NCBI RefSeq assembly: GCF_963921235.1
Contig: NC_086097.1
Span: 96,846,001 to 96,910,000 of the forward strand
Direction: 5' to 3'
DNA length: 64,000 nucleotides
From: Mobula hypostoma
Taxonomy: Eukaryota
Numbering within the stretch: the stretch's first letter is position 1; every line of letters starts with the position of its first letter. This document shows, piece after piece, positions 1-12,304 of the stretch. The translations under genes and the position numbers were made by a program. Under the pieces are notes generated by a model. The model had not been told where the DNA came from and ran no database searches. It saw nothing but the letters and a program-made list of their open reading frames with translations.

Positions 1-1430
1 TTGATGTAAGTGCTGGAGAGGCCAGTTCTGACTGACCCTGGATCACGGGTGAGATCTTCATTGGACCTTCCACAGTTTGCCTACTAACCTTGTGTGGGAG
101 TGGATGATGCCATCATCTACCTGTTGCAAAGAGCTCACTCACACCTGGATGATGTTGGTGGCACTGTGAAAATCATGTTTTTTGATTTCTCTAGTGCCTT
201 CAAAACAACCCAGCCACTTCTTCAAAAGGTTCAAAGGTAGATTTAATGTCAGAAAGATGTATACAATGTGCATCCTGAAATGCTTTTTCTTCGCAACCAT
301 CCACGAAAACGGAGAAGTGCCCCAAAGAATGAATGACAGTTAAATGTTAAAACCCCAAAGTCCCCCCCAGCTCCCTCCCTCCCATGTGTAAGTGGCAGCA
401 AGCAACAATCTCCCCTCCCCCCCCACTGACAAAACTAAAATGCACCCGCTACCAGCACTCAAGCGCGAGCAAAGCAATAGCAAAGACATAGGCCTCTGAA
501 TCTGTGCCGAAATCTTAGGCTGAGACTTTAGCATGCCGAATAGCAGCCGATTGTGGAACCCCGAGAGTGGGTCCCATTCCTGCAAAGAACTGTAGTCAGC
601 GTGTAACTCCAGGCCAGGTTCTTCTAACAAACCCTGAAAGGGAAAAATAGAGATATTAAAGATGGAAATAGGTCTGAGCAAGAAGCTGCAAAGGATGGGC
701 ATAGACAAATCCACTATCTTCTGGATTACTGACTACCTGACAAATAGACCCCAGTCTTCAGTCTGAGATGGTGATGAGTGGCACTGGAGCACCACAAGGG
801 ACTGTCTTGTCTCTGTTTCTGTTCACACTGGACACCACAGACATTCAGTACAAATCTGAGTCCTGTCACGTGCAGACGTTCTCTGATGACTCTGTGGTGG
901 TTGGGTGTATCAGAGATGGGCCCGAGTCAGAGTATGGAGGACTGGTGGACAAGTTTGTGGAGTGGTGCGGGAGGAATCTCCGGCTCCTGAATGTGGCCAA
1001 AACCAGGGAGATGGTGATTGATTTTAGGAGGAAGAGGAATGTGATGATGAGTCCTGTAATGTATACATTCTGGGAGAAGAAGTTATGGAGGTGGAGGAGT
1101 ATAAATACTTGTCAACAACAGACTTGACTGGAAATCCAACACCAAGCCTGTTTACGAGCAGAGGATAAGCAGATTCTATCTTCTAAGAAAGCTGAAATCC
1201 CTCAATATGTGTGGCAGGATGTTGGAGATCTTTTACAAGTCTGTTGTAGCGAGTGCAGTCTTCCTGTTATGGGAGCAGCATTGGTGCTGGTGATGCAAAA
1301 AGACTAAATAAACTCATCAAAAAGGCTGCATCCTTCCTTGGCTCCAACCTAGACTCTTGAGTTAGTGGTGGAGAGGACGTCACTAAACAAACATCAGTTT
1401 TGGAAAATCAGGCACATCTTCTCCATAACC
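1..1430 (+). mobile_element. Degenerate Rex1/Babar-type LINE reverse transcriptase fragment, interrupted at ~225-675 by another repeat (likely a LINE 3' end in opposite orientation)
   Basis: Translations give IMFFDFSSAF, GAPQGTVLSLFLFTL, TFSDDSVVVG and LLNVAKTREMVIDFRRK, typical Rex/Babar RT motifs, with frameshifts. Confidence 0.8.
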
Positions 1431-1865
1431 TGCACATTGGTATATTATTATTAATTATTCATGATTATTATACTATTTATTTTTAAATGTAATGGCTTCT
1501 TTGTAATGTTTCACTGCTAAGGCTAATGTAATGGCTTCTCTGTAATGTTAATTGTGATAATGGTTTCTCTGTAGCAGAAATGTTTAGGTTATGGCTGGGA
1601 TATAATTATGCATGTTAGCCAATCAGGATTCTGTTGCCCTTTCTGGAAGCTATTGGTTTTGTGGGCTTTTGCCAGAAGTCGCGAGAGGGATGAAGAGAGA
1701 AGACGCGTATGGAGAGGAGTGGTACGCTGCCCGACAGGGTGGACTCTGAGTGGGAGTCTGGAGGTTGGCGACACTCGGAGATCGAATGGTGGAAAGAAGA
1801 TCTTGCTGAGTGAGCTCCAACAATTGTGCACAGACTGTTTAATAAGATTGGCACCCTTTTTCTAT

Positions 1866-1871
1866 TTTATT
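1866..1871 (-). promoter_or_regulatory. Candidate polyadenylation signal for the USP-like gene
   Basis: AATAAA on the minus strand about 160 nt downstream of the stop codon at 2030-2032. Confidence 0.35.
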
Positions 1872-2029
1872 TTGTTTCTCTACTAACCACATAGTCAAAG
1901 TAAGAGTTATAAAGCTTAATCGTTTAATCGCATATTGTGTACTGTTTGTTATTTCAGGGTACTGATATGAAAGAGGGGACACATCGTGCAGCATCCACCC
2001 AAATGAGATTTCCACTCGGAACCAATAAT

Positions 2030-2345
2030 CTAATTATTATTACTAGTATTATTATCCTTAATATTTTCATTATTATTACCGCGGTTTTTATCATTTTTGT
2101 TTCTGTTCTCTTGAATCCCATCCCATACTGATAGTGAATTATTTTGCTGCATGGTATCGACTGATGGAACCAGCCTGTAGACTACCATGGGGATTGAATT
2201 ATATTTCAGTTGAGCAGCTGATATTACGCGATCTAACAGAATTCTTTTGCCTCCATCATCTAGACGGAAATCTTCACCAGTATTCACCAAACGGGTCATG
2301 TGCCCGAGATCCTGGGAATCCAATAGAACTGACTCTAACTCGTAA
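2030..2345 (-). CDS. Terminal exon (D) of a putative USP/peptidase C19-like gene (His-box region plus Asn-rich tail)
   Basis: Strong acceptor tttgtatcttttatgtttttgacAG (AG at 2346-2347) with a phase-2 start. Open for 104 codons: YELESVLLDSQDLGHMTRLVNTGEDFRLDDGG...IPMVVYRLV...NNN*. This resembles USP motifs Y-x-L-x-x-V...GH...DD and the terminal 'LFYRR'-type strand. Confidence 0.6.
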
Positions 2346-2546
2346 CTGTCAAAAACATAAAAGATACAAAGTTCAGTTCAAAGTGCTAAAATGACAAACA
2401 GTATTACTAGATTCTGAATTATAAACTAAAATAAACCAAATACATACTTCATTGAGTGAGCATATTCTGAACAGGATAGAAACCATTACTTTATCTTATC
2501 TATTCTTTGGAAACTTCCATCTGATTCCACAGTGAAAATATATAAC

Positions 2547-2633
2547 CTGTAGCATGTCCATAAAACAGATTGAATCTGTTCTTCCAAAAACAAATCATGG
2601 AGATCCTTTGCTAAAATCCATAAATGCACATTT
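2547..2633 (-). CDS. Possible 87-nt phase 2-2 cassette exon (C) of the USP-like gene
   Basis: AG at 2634-2635 and GT at 2545-2546. Open reading NVHLWILAKDLHDLFLEEQIQSVLWTCY, but the polypyrimidine tract is weak. Confidence 0.35.
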
Positions 2634-2699
2634 CTTAAAAACTGGTTTCCTTAATTAGGACTGTAAAGGATTTCTGTATGAGTATTGGGATCTTTGCGC

Positions 2700-3185
2700 T
2701 ATTTTCATCAGAAATTTGGGGGCGTCGGTGCAGATGTGAGTGCAGTTGCTGTTGCTAAGGAGAAGGTTCTTGGAAAGCTGAATGGTCTGAAGTTAGATAA
2801 GTCACCTGGACTAGATGGACTACACCACATTTTTCTGAAAAAGATAGCTGAAGCGATTGTGGATGTATTAGTAATGATATTTCAGGAATCATTAAATTCT
2901 GGAATGGTTCTGGAGGACTGGAAAATTGTAAGTGTCACTCTACTTTTTAAGAAGGGAGGGAGACAGAAGAGAGGAAATTATAGGCCAGTTAGCCTGACTG
3001 CAGTGGTTGGGAGGATATTGGTGTTCATTATTAAGAATGTGATTTTGGAGGCTTATGATTAAAGTTGGCTGAGAAATCTTGCCCTGACAAATCTGTTGGA
3101 ACTATTTGAGGAAATAACAAGCAGGATAGATAAAGGAAAGTTAGTGGATGCAGTTTACTTGGATTTTCAGAAGGGCATTGACATT
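2700..3185 (+). mobile_element. CR1 LINE ORF2 fragment
   Basis: KSPGLDGLH...FKKGGRQKRGNYRPVSLT motif, truncated. Confidence 0.85.
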
Positions 3186-3235
3186 ACAGCAGTCGAGGAG
3201 ACAGCACCTACGGAAAAGAGTAAACTGTCAACATT

Positions 3236-3415
3236 CAAACACGAGGAAATCTGCAGATGCTGAAAATTCAAGCAACACACACAAAATGCTGGTGGAACAC
3301 AGCAGGCCAGACAGCATCCATAGGGAAAAACACAGTCGATGTTTCGGGCCGAGACGTCGACTGTGTTTTTCCCTCTGGATGCTGTCTGGCCTGCTGCGTT
3401 CCACCATCATTTTGT
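3236..3415. mobile_element. Penelope-like element (PLE) terminal-repeat fragment arranged as an inverted repeat
   Basis: acaaaatgctggtggaacacagcaggccagacagcatcc... is mirrored by ...ggatgctgtctggcctgctgcgttccaccatcattttgt. Same family as the 22662-24956 element. Confidence 0.75.
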
Positions 3416-3429
3416 AAACTGTTGACATT

Positions 3430-3695
3430 TACTGTTACTGCTGTGATGAGGCCACATGCCAATTTGCTGGAGCAACACCTTATATTCCAGTTGGGTAGCC
3501 TTCAAGCTGATGGCATAAACACTGATTTCTCGAACTCCTGGTAATTGCCCCCCACCGCCTCTCCTTCACCATTCCCCATTCCTATTTCCCTCTCTCACCT
3601 TATCTCCTTATCTGCCCATCACATCTTCTTTTAGCTCCTCCTCTTTCCTTTTATTCCATGGTCTTCTGTCCTCTCCTATCAGATTCCCCCCTTCT
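3430..3695 (+). mobile_element. PLE GIY-YIG C-terminus and pyrimidine-rich 3' UTR fragment
   Basis: LEQHLIFQLGSLQADGINTDFSN matches the PLE ORF end at 23769. Confidence 0.75.
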
Positions 3696-3699
3696 TTGT

Positions 3700-6600
3700 G
3701 TGTCAATGCAAGGAGCATTCATAACAAGGTGGATGAATTGAATGTGCAGTTATTAATAAATATGATATAGTTGGGATCACAGAGACATGGCTCCAGGGTG
3801 ACCAAGGATGTGAGCTCAACATTCAGGGATAATCAATATTCAGGAGGGATAGACATGAAAGAAAAGGAGGTGGGGTGGCATTGCCGGTTAGAGAGGAGAT
3901 TAACACAATAGAAAGGAAGGACATTAGCCGGGAGGATGTGGAATCGATATGGGTAGAGCTGCATAACACTAAGGGGCAGAAAACGCTGGTGGGAGTTGTG
4001 TACAGGCCACCTAACAGTAGTAGTGAGTTTGGGGATGGCATTAAACAGGAAATTAGAAATGTATGCAATAAAGGAACAGCAGTTATAATGGGTGACTTCA
4101 ATCTACATATAGATTGGGTGAACCAAATTGGTAAGGGTGCTGAGGAAAAGGATTTCTTGGAATGTATGCGGGATGCTTTTCTGAACCAACATGTCGAGGA
4201 ACCAACTAGAGACCAGGCCATTCTGGACTGGGAATTGAGCAATGAGGAAGGGTTAGTTAGCAATCTTGTTGTGAGAGGCCCCTTGGGTAAGAGTGACCAT
4301 AGTATGGTGGAATTCTTCATTAAGATGGAGTTAATTCAGAAACAAAGGTTCTGAACTTAAAGAAGAGTAACTTTGAAGGTATGAGATGTGAATTAGCTAA
4401 GATAGACTGGCAAATGATACTTAAAGGGTTGACGGTGGATATGCAATGGCAAGCATTTAAAGATCGCATGGATGAACTACAACAATTGTTCATCCCAGTT
4501 TGGCAAAAGAATAAACCAGGAAAGGTAGTGCACCCGTGGCTGTCAAGGGAAGTTAGGGATAGTATCAACTCCAAAGAAGAAACGTACAAATTAGCCAGAG
4601 AAAGTGGCTCACCTGAGGACTGGGAGAAATTCAGAGTCCAGCAGAGGAGGACAAAGGGCTTAATTAGGAAAGGGAAAAAAGATTATGAGAGAAAGCTGGC
4701 AGTGAACATAAAAACTGACTGTATAAGCTTTTATAGATATGTGAAAAGAAAAAGATTGGTTAGGACAAATGTAGGTCCCTTACAGTCAGAAACAGGTGAA
4801 TTGATCGTGGGGAACAAGGACATGGCAGACCAATTGAATAATTACTTTGCAAACAACAGGAATTCTGCAGATGCTGGAAATTCAAGCAACACACATCAAA
4901 GTTGCTGGTGAACGCAGCAGGCCAAGCAGCATCTATAGGAAGAGGCGCAGTCGACGTTTCAGGCCGCGTCTCGGCCTGAAACGTCGACTGCGCCTCTTCC
5001 TATAGATGCTGCTTGGCCTGCTGCGTTCACCAGCAACTTTGATGTGTGTTGCTTGAATAATTACTTTGGTTCTGTCTTCACTAAGGAGGACATAAATAAT
5101 CTTCTGGAAATAGTAGGGGACAGAGGGTCCAGTGAGATGGAGGAACTGAGGGAAATACATGTTAGTAGGGAAGTGGTGTTAGGTAAATTGAAGGGATTGA
5201 AGGCAGATAAATCCCCAGGGCCAGATGGTCTGCAGCCCAGAGTGCTTAAGGAAGCAGCCCAAGAAATAGTGGATGCATTAGTGATAATTTTTCAAAACTC
5301 TTTAGATTCTGGATTAATTCCTGAGGATTGGAGCGTGGCTAATGTAACCCTGCTTTTTAAAAAAGGAGGGAGAGAGAAACCGGGGAATTATAGACCGGTA
5401 AGTCTGACATCAGTGGTGGGGAAAATGCTAGAGTCAGTTATCAAAGATGTGATAACAGCACATTTGGAAAGCGGTGAAATCATCGGACAAAGTCAGCATG
5501 ATTTGTGAAAGGAAAATCATGTCTGACGAATCTCATAGAATTTTTTGAGGATGTAACTAGCAGAGTGGATAGGGGAGAACCAGTGGATGTAGTATATTTG
5601 GATTTTCAAAAGGCTTTTGACAAGGTCCCACGCAGGAGATTAGTGTGCAAACTTAAAGCACATGGTATTGGGGGTATGGTATTGATGTGGATAGAGAATT
5701 GGTTGGCAGACAGGAAGCAAAGAGTGGGAATAAACGGGACCTTTTCAGAATGGCAGGCGGTGACTAGTGGGGTACCGCAAGGCTCAGTGCTGGGACCCCA
5801 GTTGTTTACAATATATATTAATGACTTGGATGAGGGAATTAAATACAGCATCTCCAAGTTTGCGGATGATACGAAGCTGGGTGGCAGTGTTAGCTGTGAG
5901 GAGGATGCTAAGAGGATGCAGGGTGACTTGGATAGGTTGGGCGAGTGGGCAAATTCATGGCAGATGCAATTTAATGTGGATAAATGTGAAGTTATCCACT
6001 TTGGTGGCAAAAATAGGAAAACAGATTATTATCTGAATGGTGGCCGATTAGGAAAAGGGGAGGTGCAACGAGACCTGGGTGTCATTATACACCAGTCATT
6101 GAAAGTGGGCATGCAGGTACAGCAGGTGGTGAAAAAGGCGAATGGTATGCTGGCATTTATAGCGAGAGGATTCGAGTACAGGAGCAGGGAGGTACTACTG
6201 CAGTTGTACAAGGCCTTGGTGAGACCACACCTGGAGTATTGTGTGCAGTTTTGGTCCCCTAATCTGAGGAAAGACATTCTTGCCATAGAGGGAGTAGAAA
6301 GAAGGTTCACCAGATTGATTCCTTGGATGGCAGGACTTGCATATGATGAAAAACTGGATCGACTAGATTTATACTCTCTGGAATTTAGAAGATTGAGGGG
6401 GGATCTTAATGAAATGTATAAAATTCTAAAGGGATTGGACAGGCTAGATGTAGGAAGACTGTTCCCAATGTTGGGGAGGTCCAGAACAAGGGGTCACAGT
6501 TTAAGGACAAAGGGAAAGCCTTTTAGGACTGAGATGAGGAAAAACTTCTTCACACAAAGAGTGGTGAATCTGTGGAATTCTCTGCCACAGGAAACAGTTG

Positions 6601-6795
6601 AGGCCAGTTCATTGGCTATGTTTAAAAGGGAGTTAGATATGGCCCTTGTGGCTAAAGGGATCAGGGGGTATGGAGGGAAGGCTGGTACAGGATTCTGAGT
6701 TGGATGATCAGCCATGATCATACTGAATGGCGGTGCAGGCTCGAAGGGCTGAATGGCCTACTCCTGCACTGATTTTCTATGTTTTTATGTTTCTC
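3700..6795 (+). mobile_element. CR1 LINE, nearly complete ORF2 (APE endonuclease + RT) and 3' tail; frameshifted and interrupted by a PLE hairpin insertion
   Basis: Motifs [43 protein letters not shown] and FADDTKL. ORF 5505-6698 is open. Tail ttctatgtttttatgtttct. Confidence 0.95.
4850..5052. mobile_element. Palindromic PLE-derived insertion with 16-bp target site duplication
   Basis: TTGAATAATTACTTTG occurs at 4834-4849 and 5053-5068. Inverted arms of ~87 bp are centred on 4967-4971. Confidence 0.9.
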
Positions 6796-7055
6796 CAGCA
6801 CTATCTCAATCAACTTGCCAGCTCTTTACTTCACTTATCCCACCCCAGTTTCACCTATCACCTCCCACCTTGTACTTCTCCTCCCCCCACCATTTTTCTC
6901 TGACTTCTCCTCTTCCTTTCCAGTCCTGATGAAGGATCTTGGCCTGAAACATTAATTGTTCACTCTTTCCATCGATGCTGCCTGGCCTGCTGAGTTGTTC
7001 CAGCATTCTGTGTGTGTTGCTTTGGATATGCAGCATCTGCAGGTTTTCTTGTGTT
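6795..7055 (+). mobile_element. PLE 3'/pLTR fragment with a degenerate hammerhead ribozyme (6921-6960)
   Basis: cagtc-CTGATGA-aggatcttggcct-GAAAc followed by the family motif gatgctgcctggcctgctgagt. Confidence 0.75.
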
Positions 7056-7059
7056 TGTG

Positions 7060-8110
7060 GTTGGATGGCTGATGGTGGCAGTGAGTGGGAATGTAAGGGG
7101 CCTTCTCCGGTCGCCTGCTGGTGATTAGTGTTGTTCCACAGGAGTCGATATTAGGAATGCTTCTTTTCATGTTATATCTCAACGATTTGGATGACAGAAT
7201 TGTTGGCTTTTTGGCCAAGTTTACAGACAATTTGCAGATGGGTAGAGGGACAGGTAGTGTTGAGGAAGCAGAGAGTCTGTAGAAGGACAGACAGATTGGG
7301 AGAATGGGCAAAGAAGTGGCAGGTGGAATTTATTGCAGGGAAGTGTATGATCATGTACTTCGGGAGAAGAAATAAAAGGGTAGACAATTTTCTAAAGATG
7401 GAGAAAATTCAAAATCAGAGGTGCAAAGGGACAAGGGAGTCCTTGTGCAGGACTGCAGGACTCACTAAAGATTAACTTGCATATTGCCTAAGGAAGGCAA
7501 ATGCAATGTTAGCATTCATTTTGAGAGGACTAGAATATAAAAGCAAGGATGTGATGCTGAGGCTTTATAAAGCACCGGCCAGACCACACGGAGTATTGTG
7601 AGCAGTTTTGGGCTCTCTATGCTGGTATTGGAGAGGGTCCATCGAATGTTAATAAGAGTGATTCTAGGAATGGAAGGATTAATGTATGAGGGGCATTTGA
7701 TGGCTCTGGGCCTGTACTTGCTGGAGTTTAGAAGAATGATCAGGAATTTTATTGAAACCTATCAAATATTGAAAGGCTTAGATAGAGTATATGTGGAGTG
7801 GACATTTCCAATAGTAGGTAAGTCTAGGACCAGAGGGCACAACCTCAGAATAGAAAGGCACCCATTTAGAACAGGGATGAGAGGAATTTCTTTATCTGAG
7901 GGTAGTGAATCTGTGGAACTCATTGCCACAAATCAATTGTGTATAGGAGAAGTCATTGTGTATATTTAAAGCCGATGTCAGGGCGCCAAAGATTACAGGA
8001 AGGCAGGAGAATGGGTTTGAAAAGAGTAATGGAACAGCTATGATCGGATGGCAGAGCAGACACAATGGGCAGGGTGGCCTAATTCTACTCCTATGTCGTA
8101 TGGCCTTCAA
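7060..8110 (+). mobile_element. Degenerate CR1 RT C-terminus and 3' UTR
   Basis: RLGEWAKKWQVEF, LGLYLLEFRRM and KSRTRGHNLRI fragments. Confidence 0.85.
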
Positions 8111-8844
8111 GTTCAAGTTTAATTCTCAGTCAACCATACATGGATACAACCGAATATCAGAGCGTTCCTCTGGGACCAAGATGAAAAACGTACGCAACAC
8201 AGTCAAAATAGCAAGCAAATATACAGTCACATAAAATAAAATACTGTGTGTATACATATTGATATACATAGTTTTATGGTCTTATTGAACTTATTGGTGT
8301 TCAGAAGAATGGGAGAAGCAGAAGGTTTTGAGGGGCTTAACAGAATGGCTAGCCAGAAGTTTCCTCTCATTGGAGCATCTACAACAGAGAAGCACATCTG
8401 GGTAAAGAGTTGCCAATTTAAAAATGATGTGACAAGCATTTTTTTTTTTTTTGTCTTTCTGAAACTCTGGAATACCCTGAGACCTGTAGAGATGCTGGCT
8501 GTATTCAACAACAAAATAGATTTTTGACCAGTTGAGGGGTTGAATGTTGTGGGGGTCAGGCATGAAAGTGAAGTTGAAGTAAGATTTCATTAGCTGTGAC
8601 ACATTAGGCATGAGGGGCTGAGTATCTGACTCCTGAAACAACATCTGAAAATGCCAAGAATATTTAGCAGGTTGGACAGTGTAGATGGAGAGATAAATAG
8701 AGTTACAGGGTTTCGATCCAGTGCCATGAATGAACAATAACACATTTCCATCAGGCTAGTGTGTGCAGAAGGCACTGTTCCCTTATTTTTGCTGCCCTGG
8801 TGCATGGTAGCAGCAGTGTAGAATCTTTTACATGTATTCCTTAC

Positions 8845-8964
8845 CTTAAATCATGTATATGCAGCATCATTTGTATACCATCGATGTTTATGAGGCGTGC
8901 TTTATTCTCCAGTGATATAATCAATGTATTAGGTGCCCCACTTGTAAAATTTGGTGGCAAACAT
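8845..8964 (-). CDS. Exon B copy 1 (120 nt, phase 2-2) of the USP-like gene
   Basis: cttttcacttgaacAG ... ttaag|GTAAG. Reads CLPPNFTSGAPNTLIISLENKARLINIDGIQMMLHIHDL; APNTLIISL resembles the USP 'P-x-x-L-x-I-x-L' box. Confidence 0.65.
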
Positions 8965-10618
8965 CTGTTCAAGTGAAAAGAATAATAGATAAAGAACCAG
9001 TGATTTAACAACAGTTTAAGAGAGAAGGTGATGGTCTAAGTGTCCAGTCTTGGTCCTGGACATGGATTTGGTTTGGAAGGGGCAGAAACCTTTATTGGAT
9101 GAAGCTGTTCAAAACGAGATACCTGGGGAGTGTAAATTAAATACTAATGATCTAATACTGACTCAGAATAAATTGGATATCCTCATCTGAATAAACAGCA
9201 CTAAAGAACCTGGCTATTGCTTGCCAGTTAAATTATGATGCATTATTCAGAATGTGGCGGACAGGGACAGTGTGAGGCTTTACAAAAGGCTGGTTGATGG
9301 GAAGGTGGCAATGTGGAGTGGGGAATTCAATGGGGTCTAAAACCAAAACAGTCATGCCTTGTGATTTCATCAGTTCACTCAATTAAATTTCATGATAAGG
9401 TGAGTTTTGGAATTCCCACCAGCTGAGTCAAAGCAAGAGATACTTTTTTTATTTTGCATTCACAGGATCTGAATACCACTGGTGAGACCATCTAAAGCCC
9501 TGTGTGGCAAAGTATTCCATAGGTTCACCTCCCTCTGAGTGAAGAAATTTCATCACCTCAGTCCAATTGTCTAACTAAATATTTCAAGACTGTGACTTCT
9601 GATTCCAGACAAACCCCGGTGCCCTCATTTTCAGGAAAGAATCTTTCTTGCACCAGCCTGTTGAGTCCTATCTCAAAAGGTCCATAAAATACCCTCATTC
9701 TCCAAGACTTTGGTGAATACAGATATACCTGACCAAACTCTCCTCTTACAACTGTCCTGCCAGGAATCTGATTGGTAAAACTTTGTCTCTTCACTCTTTG
9801 GCAAGTACAGGTTGAAACTCTTAACAATAGCATTCTGTGGACCGAGAATTCTCGCAGTCCTGCATTTTTTGGTACTGGTGCTATTACTCTGCACAACAGT
9901 CTTACAGGGTCGCTGTATTAGCATTGTGAATTAGCAAAACTTTTCTGTGTTGGCAACATTTGAGAAATGAGAACCTGCTCTCATGGAACTGATGTTTCAA
10001 ATCAAAATGCGAAATATATACAGAGGACTGAATTAATTTATTGAGGACAGCGTCTGCAGCTTGCTGGTTCACAGCAGAAGGCCACATAAGTGATTTGCTT
10101 TGGAAACAGACCAGGCAATCTCTTCTATTGATGCTGATTCAGAGTGAAAGGCCACTGTGCAGGATATGCAGTATGGGCTGGCAAGCCTAGGTGTTAGGCA
10201 TTTACTTATACGTGACAGGATGTCCTTGGGGCATTTGTTCCAGTCCAGTATCAGTTTGCTTTGAAGGGTGTAGGACCCAATCTGTATGTCCTTTCTTAAA
10301 TAAGGAGACCATTGCTGCACCCCGTGCTCAGATATATGTCTGACAATACACTGAATAGTTGTAGCAAGATATCCTTGTTCCTGTCCCTTTCAGATAAGAA
10401 CAAACAATCATTTGCACCCGTATGATTGGTTCAGATTTCCAGCATCTGTAGATTTTTTTAAAAATTTGTTTGATTTTAATGACTGGACTATAGCGACACC
10501 CAAACTCCCTATTTCCCAATCTCTTGAAATGTGAAAGTTAAGCTTTTCATTTACTCAACCCTTTCAACCAAGTCAGTTTCATTATTTTTAAAAAAACTAG
10601 CAGATAAGATGACTGTAC

Positions 10619-10723
10619 CTTCCATTGCAGTTTGATGCTTGGTGTTTAAAGAACAATTCCCCAGAAAAAAGAATGTCTACCAATTCCTGCAATTGAACTG
10701 GTTCATTGGAATTTTGAATTAGA
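10619..10723 (-). CDS. Exon A copy 1 (105 nt, phase 2-2) of the USP-like gene
   Basis: tttcttttctttatttctttatAG ... ggaag|GTACAG. Reads LIQNSNEPVQLQELVDILFSGELFFKHQASNCNG. Confidence 0.6.
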
Positions 10724-11009
10724 CTATAAAGAAATAAAGAAAAGAAATAATTAATAAATGTGTCTTAAGATACAGAAATCTTGGGAGCACCGATGTGTGT
10801 TACTGCAATTTGGAAGGATGTAAACTTTGAAGAACACTTGGATAAGGGGTCAGTGAAGTCAATAGACCGTGGAAACTCAGGATTTTCACCATGAAGGGCA
10901 GAAGAGTGAATACTTCCTACAAAGTCATGAAGGGCGTGTTGAATGGAAATAAATGGAAGTTATTCTATTGGCACAAAGATTGTAACTTTAACGTTATTTT
11001 AAAATAAAG

Positions 11010-11860
11010 TGATTTTAATGCCTCTAGGGTGGTGTGTTGCTTCTGAAGTGCCAGAATTAAGGAGGACTCTGAACGTTTGCAGCCTGTTTTCAAGGAGGAT
11101 GGTGAGCAGAAGATGTCACTGTATACATGGTTAGTAAGTTTCAGGTGACTCCAAATCTGGTGATACACTGGACAGTGAAGAAGGTTACCTAAGCTTAAAC
11201 AGGATCGAGATCAACTGGGATAGTTGGCCAAGGAACAGTAGATGGATCCTAAGTTGGGTAAGTGTGAGATGCTGCACTTTGGTAAGTTAAACCAAGGCAG
11301 AAGATGCACAGGTTGTGGCTGATCGCCGGAGAATGGTATTGAATTGAATTGAATGGTCTTTATTGTCATTATACATAGGTACAATGAAACTCTGTTTGGC
11401 TTCCTCTCAGGCAATTAAATAAAGCGGTAGATAAAAACAAGACAGTAATAGAAAAACAGTATTAAATAGATAAGTAACAGAAAATAAGTTGCAGCAGCAC
11501 CAGAATATCACAGTAATGCACAAAGTGCCGTTAGTGCAAGTATTTGAGTGCTTGTGTCTGCTCACAGTTTCAGTCATTGTTCTGTGGGAGTGGTGCGATG
11601 GAGGCCACAGCTCCGGGATAGAAGCTGTTCCTCAGTCTATTTGTTCTGGCTTTTAGTGTCCTGAACCTTTTGCTGGACGGCAGTGGGTCAAACAGGGAGT
11701 GGCCATAACAGATATCTCAGAGCGTACTACATTGTTCTCTGAAAGTGGCATCACAGCTGAACAGAGTGGTAAAGGAGGTATTTGGTATACTGGAGTTCAA
11801 TAGTCAGAGTAATGGAGCTCGGATAGTCGGATAGCATATTCTAGTCATTGTTGAATAACT
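11010..11860. mobile_element. CR1 fragments plus an inverted LINE 3' end with a (ttgaa)n tail, present only in the first array unit
   Basis: CR1-like sequence (CEMLHFGK) surrounds attgaattgaattgaat...tttattgtc. The block is missing from units 2-4. Confidence 0.65.
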
Positions 11861-12184
11861 ACTGAATGGCGACACTGCCTTCTGCAGAGCACCATTTGTA
11901 TCCTGAATAAGTTCCCACACTGACTGGAATATAATCGTCACATGTAGCAAGTAGGAGTGAAATGCTTCTCTTTGCAAGCCGTCCGGACAGTTCATTCTAT
12001 CGATCAGCAGATTGGACAGTGTAGATGGAGAGATAAATAGCGTTACAGGGTTTAGATCTAGTGACATGAATGAAAAACAACACGTTTCCGTCAGGCTGGT
12101 GTGTGCAGGAGGCACTGTTCCCTTATTTTTGCGGCCCTGGTGTGTGGTAGATGCAGTGTAGAATCTTTCACATGTATTCCTTAC

Positions 12185-12304
12185 CTTAGATCATGTATAT
12201 GCAGCATCATTTGTATACCATCAATGTTTATAAGGGATGCTTTCTCCTCCAGTAATATACTCAATGAGTAAGGTGCCCGACTTGTAAAATATGGAGGAGA
12301 ACAT
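12185..12304 (-). CDS. Exon B copy 2 (120 nt, open)
   Basis: AG and GTAAG intact. Reads CSPPYFTSRAPYSLSILLEEKASLINIDGIQMMLHIHDL. Confidence 0.55.

Noticed and set aside
1488..2012. LTR-like segment with short internal tgtaatggcttct repeats
   Set aside because: It looks repetitive, but I could not define matching TG...CA ends with a TSD.
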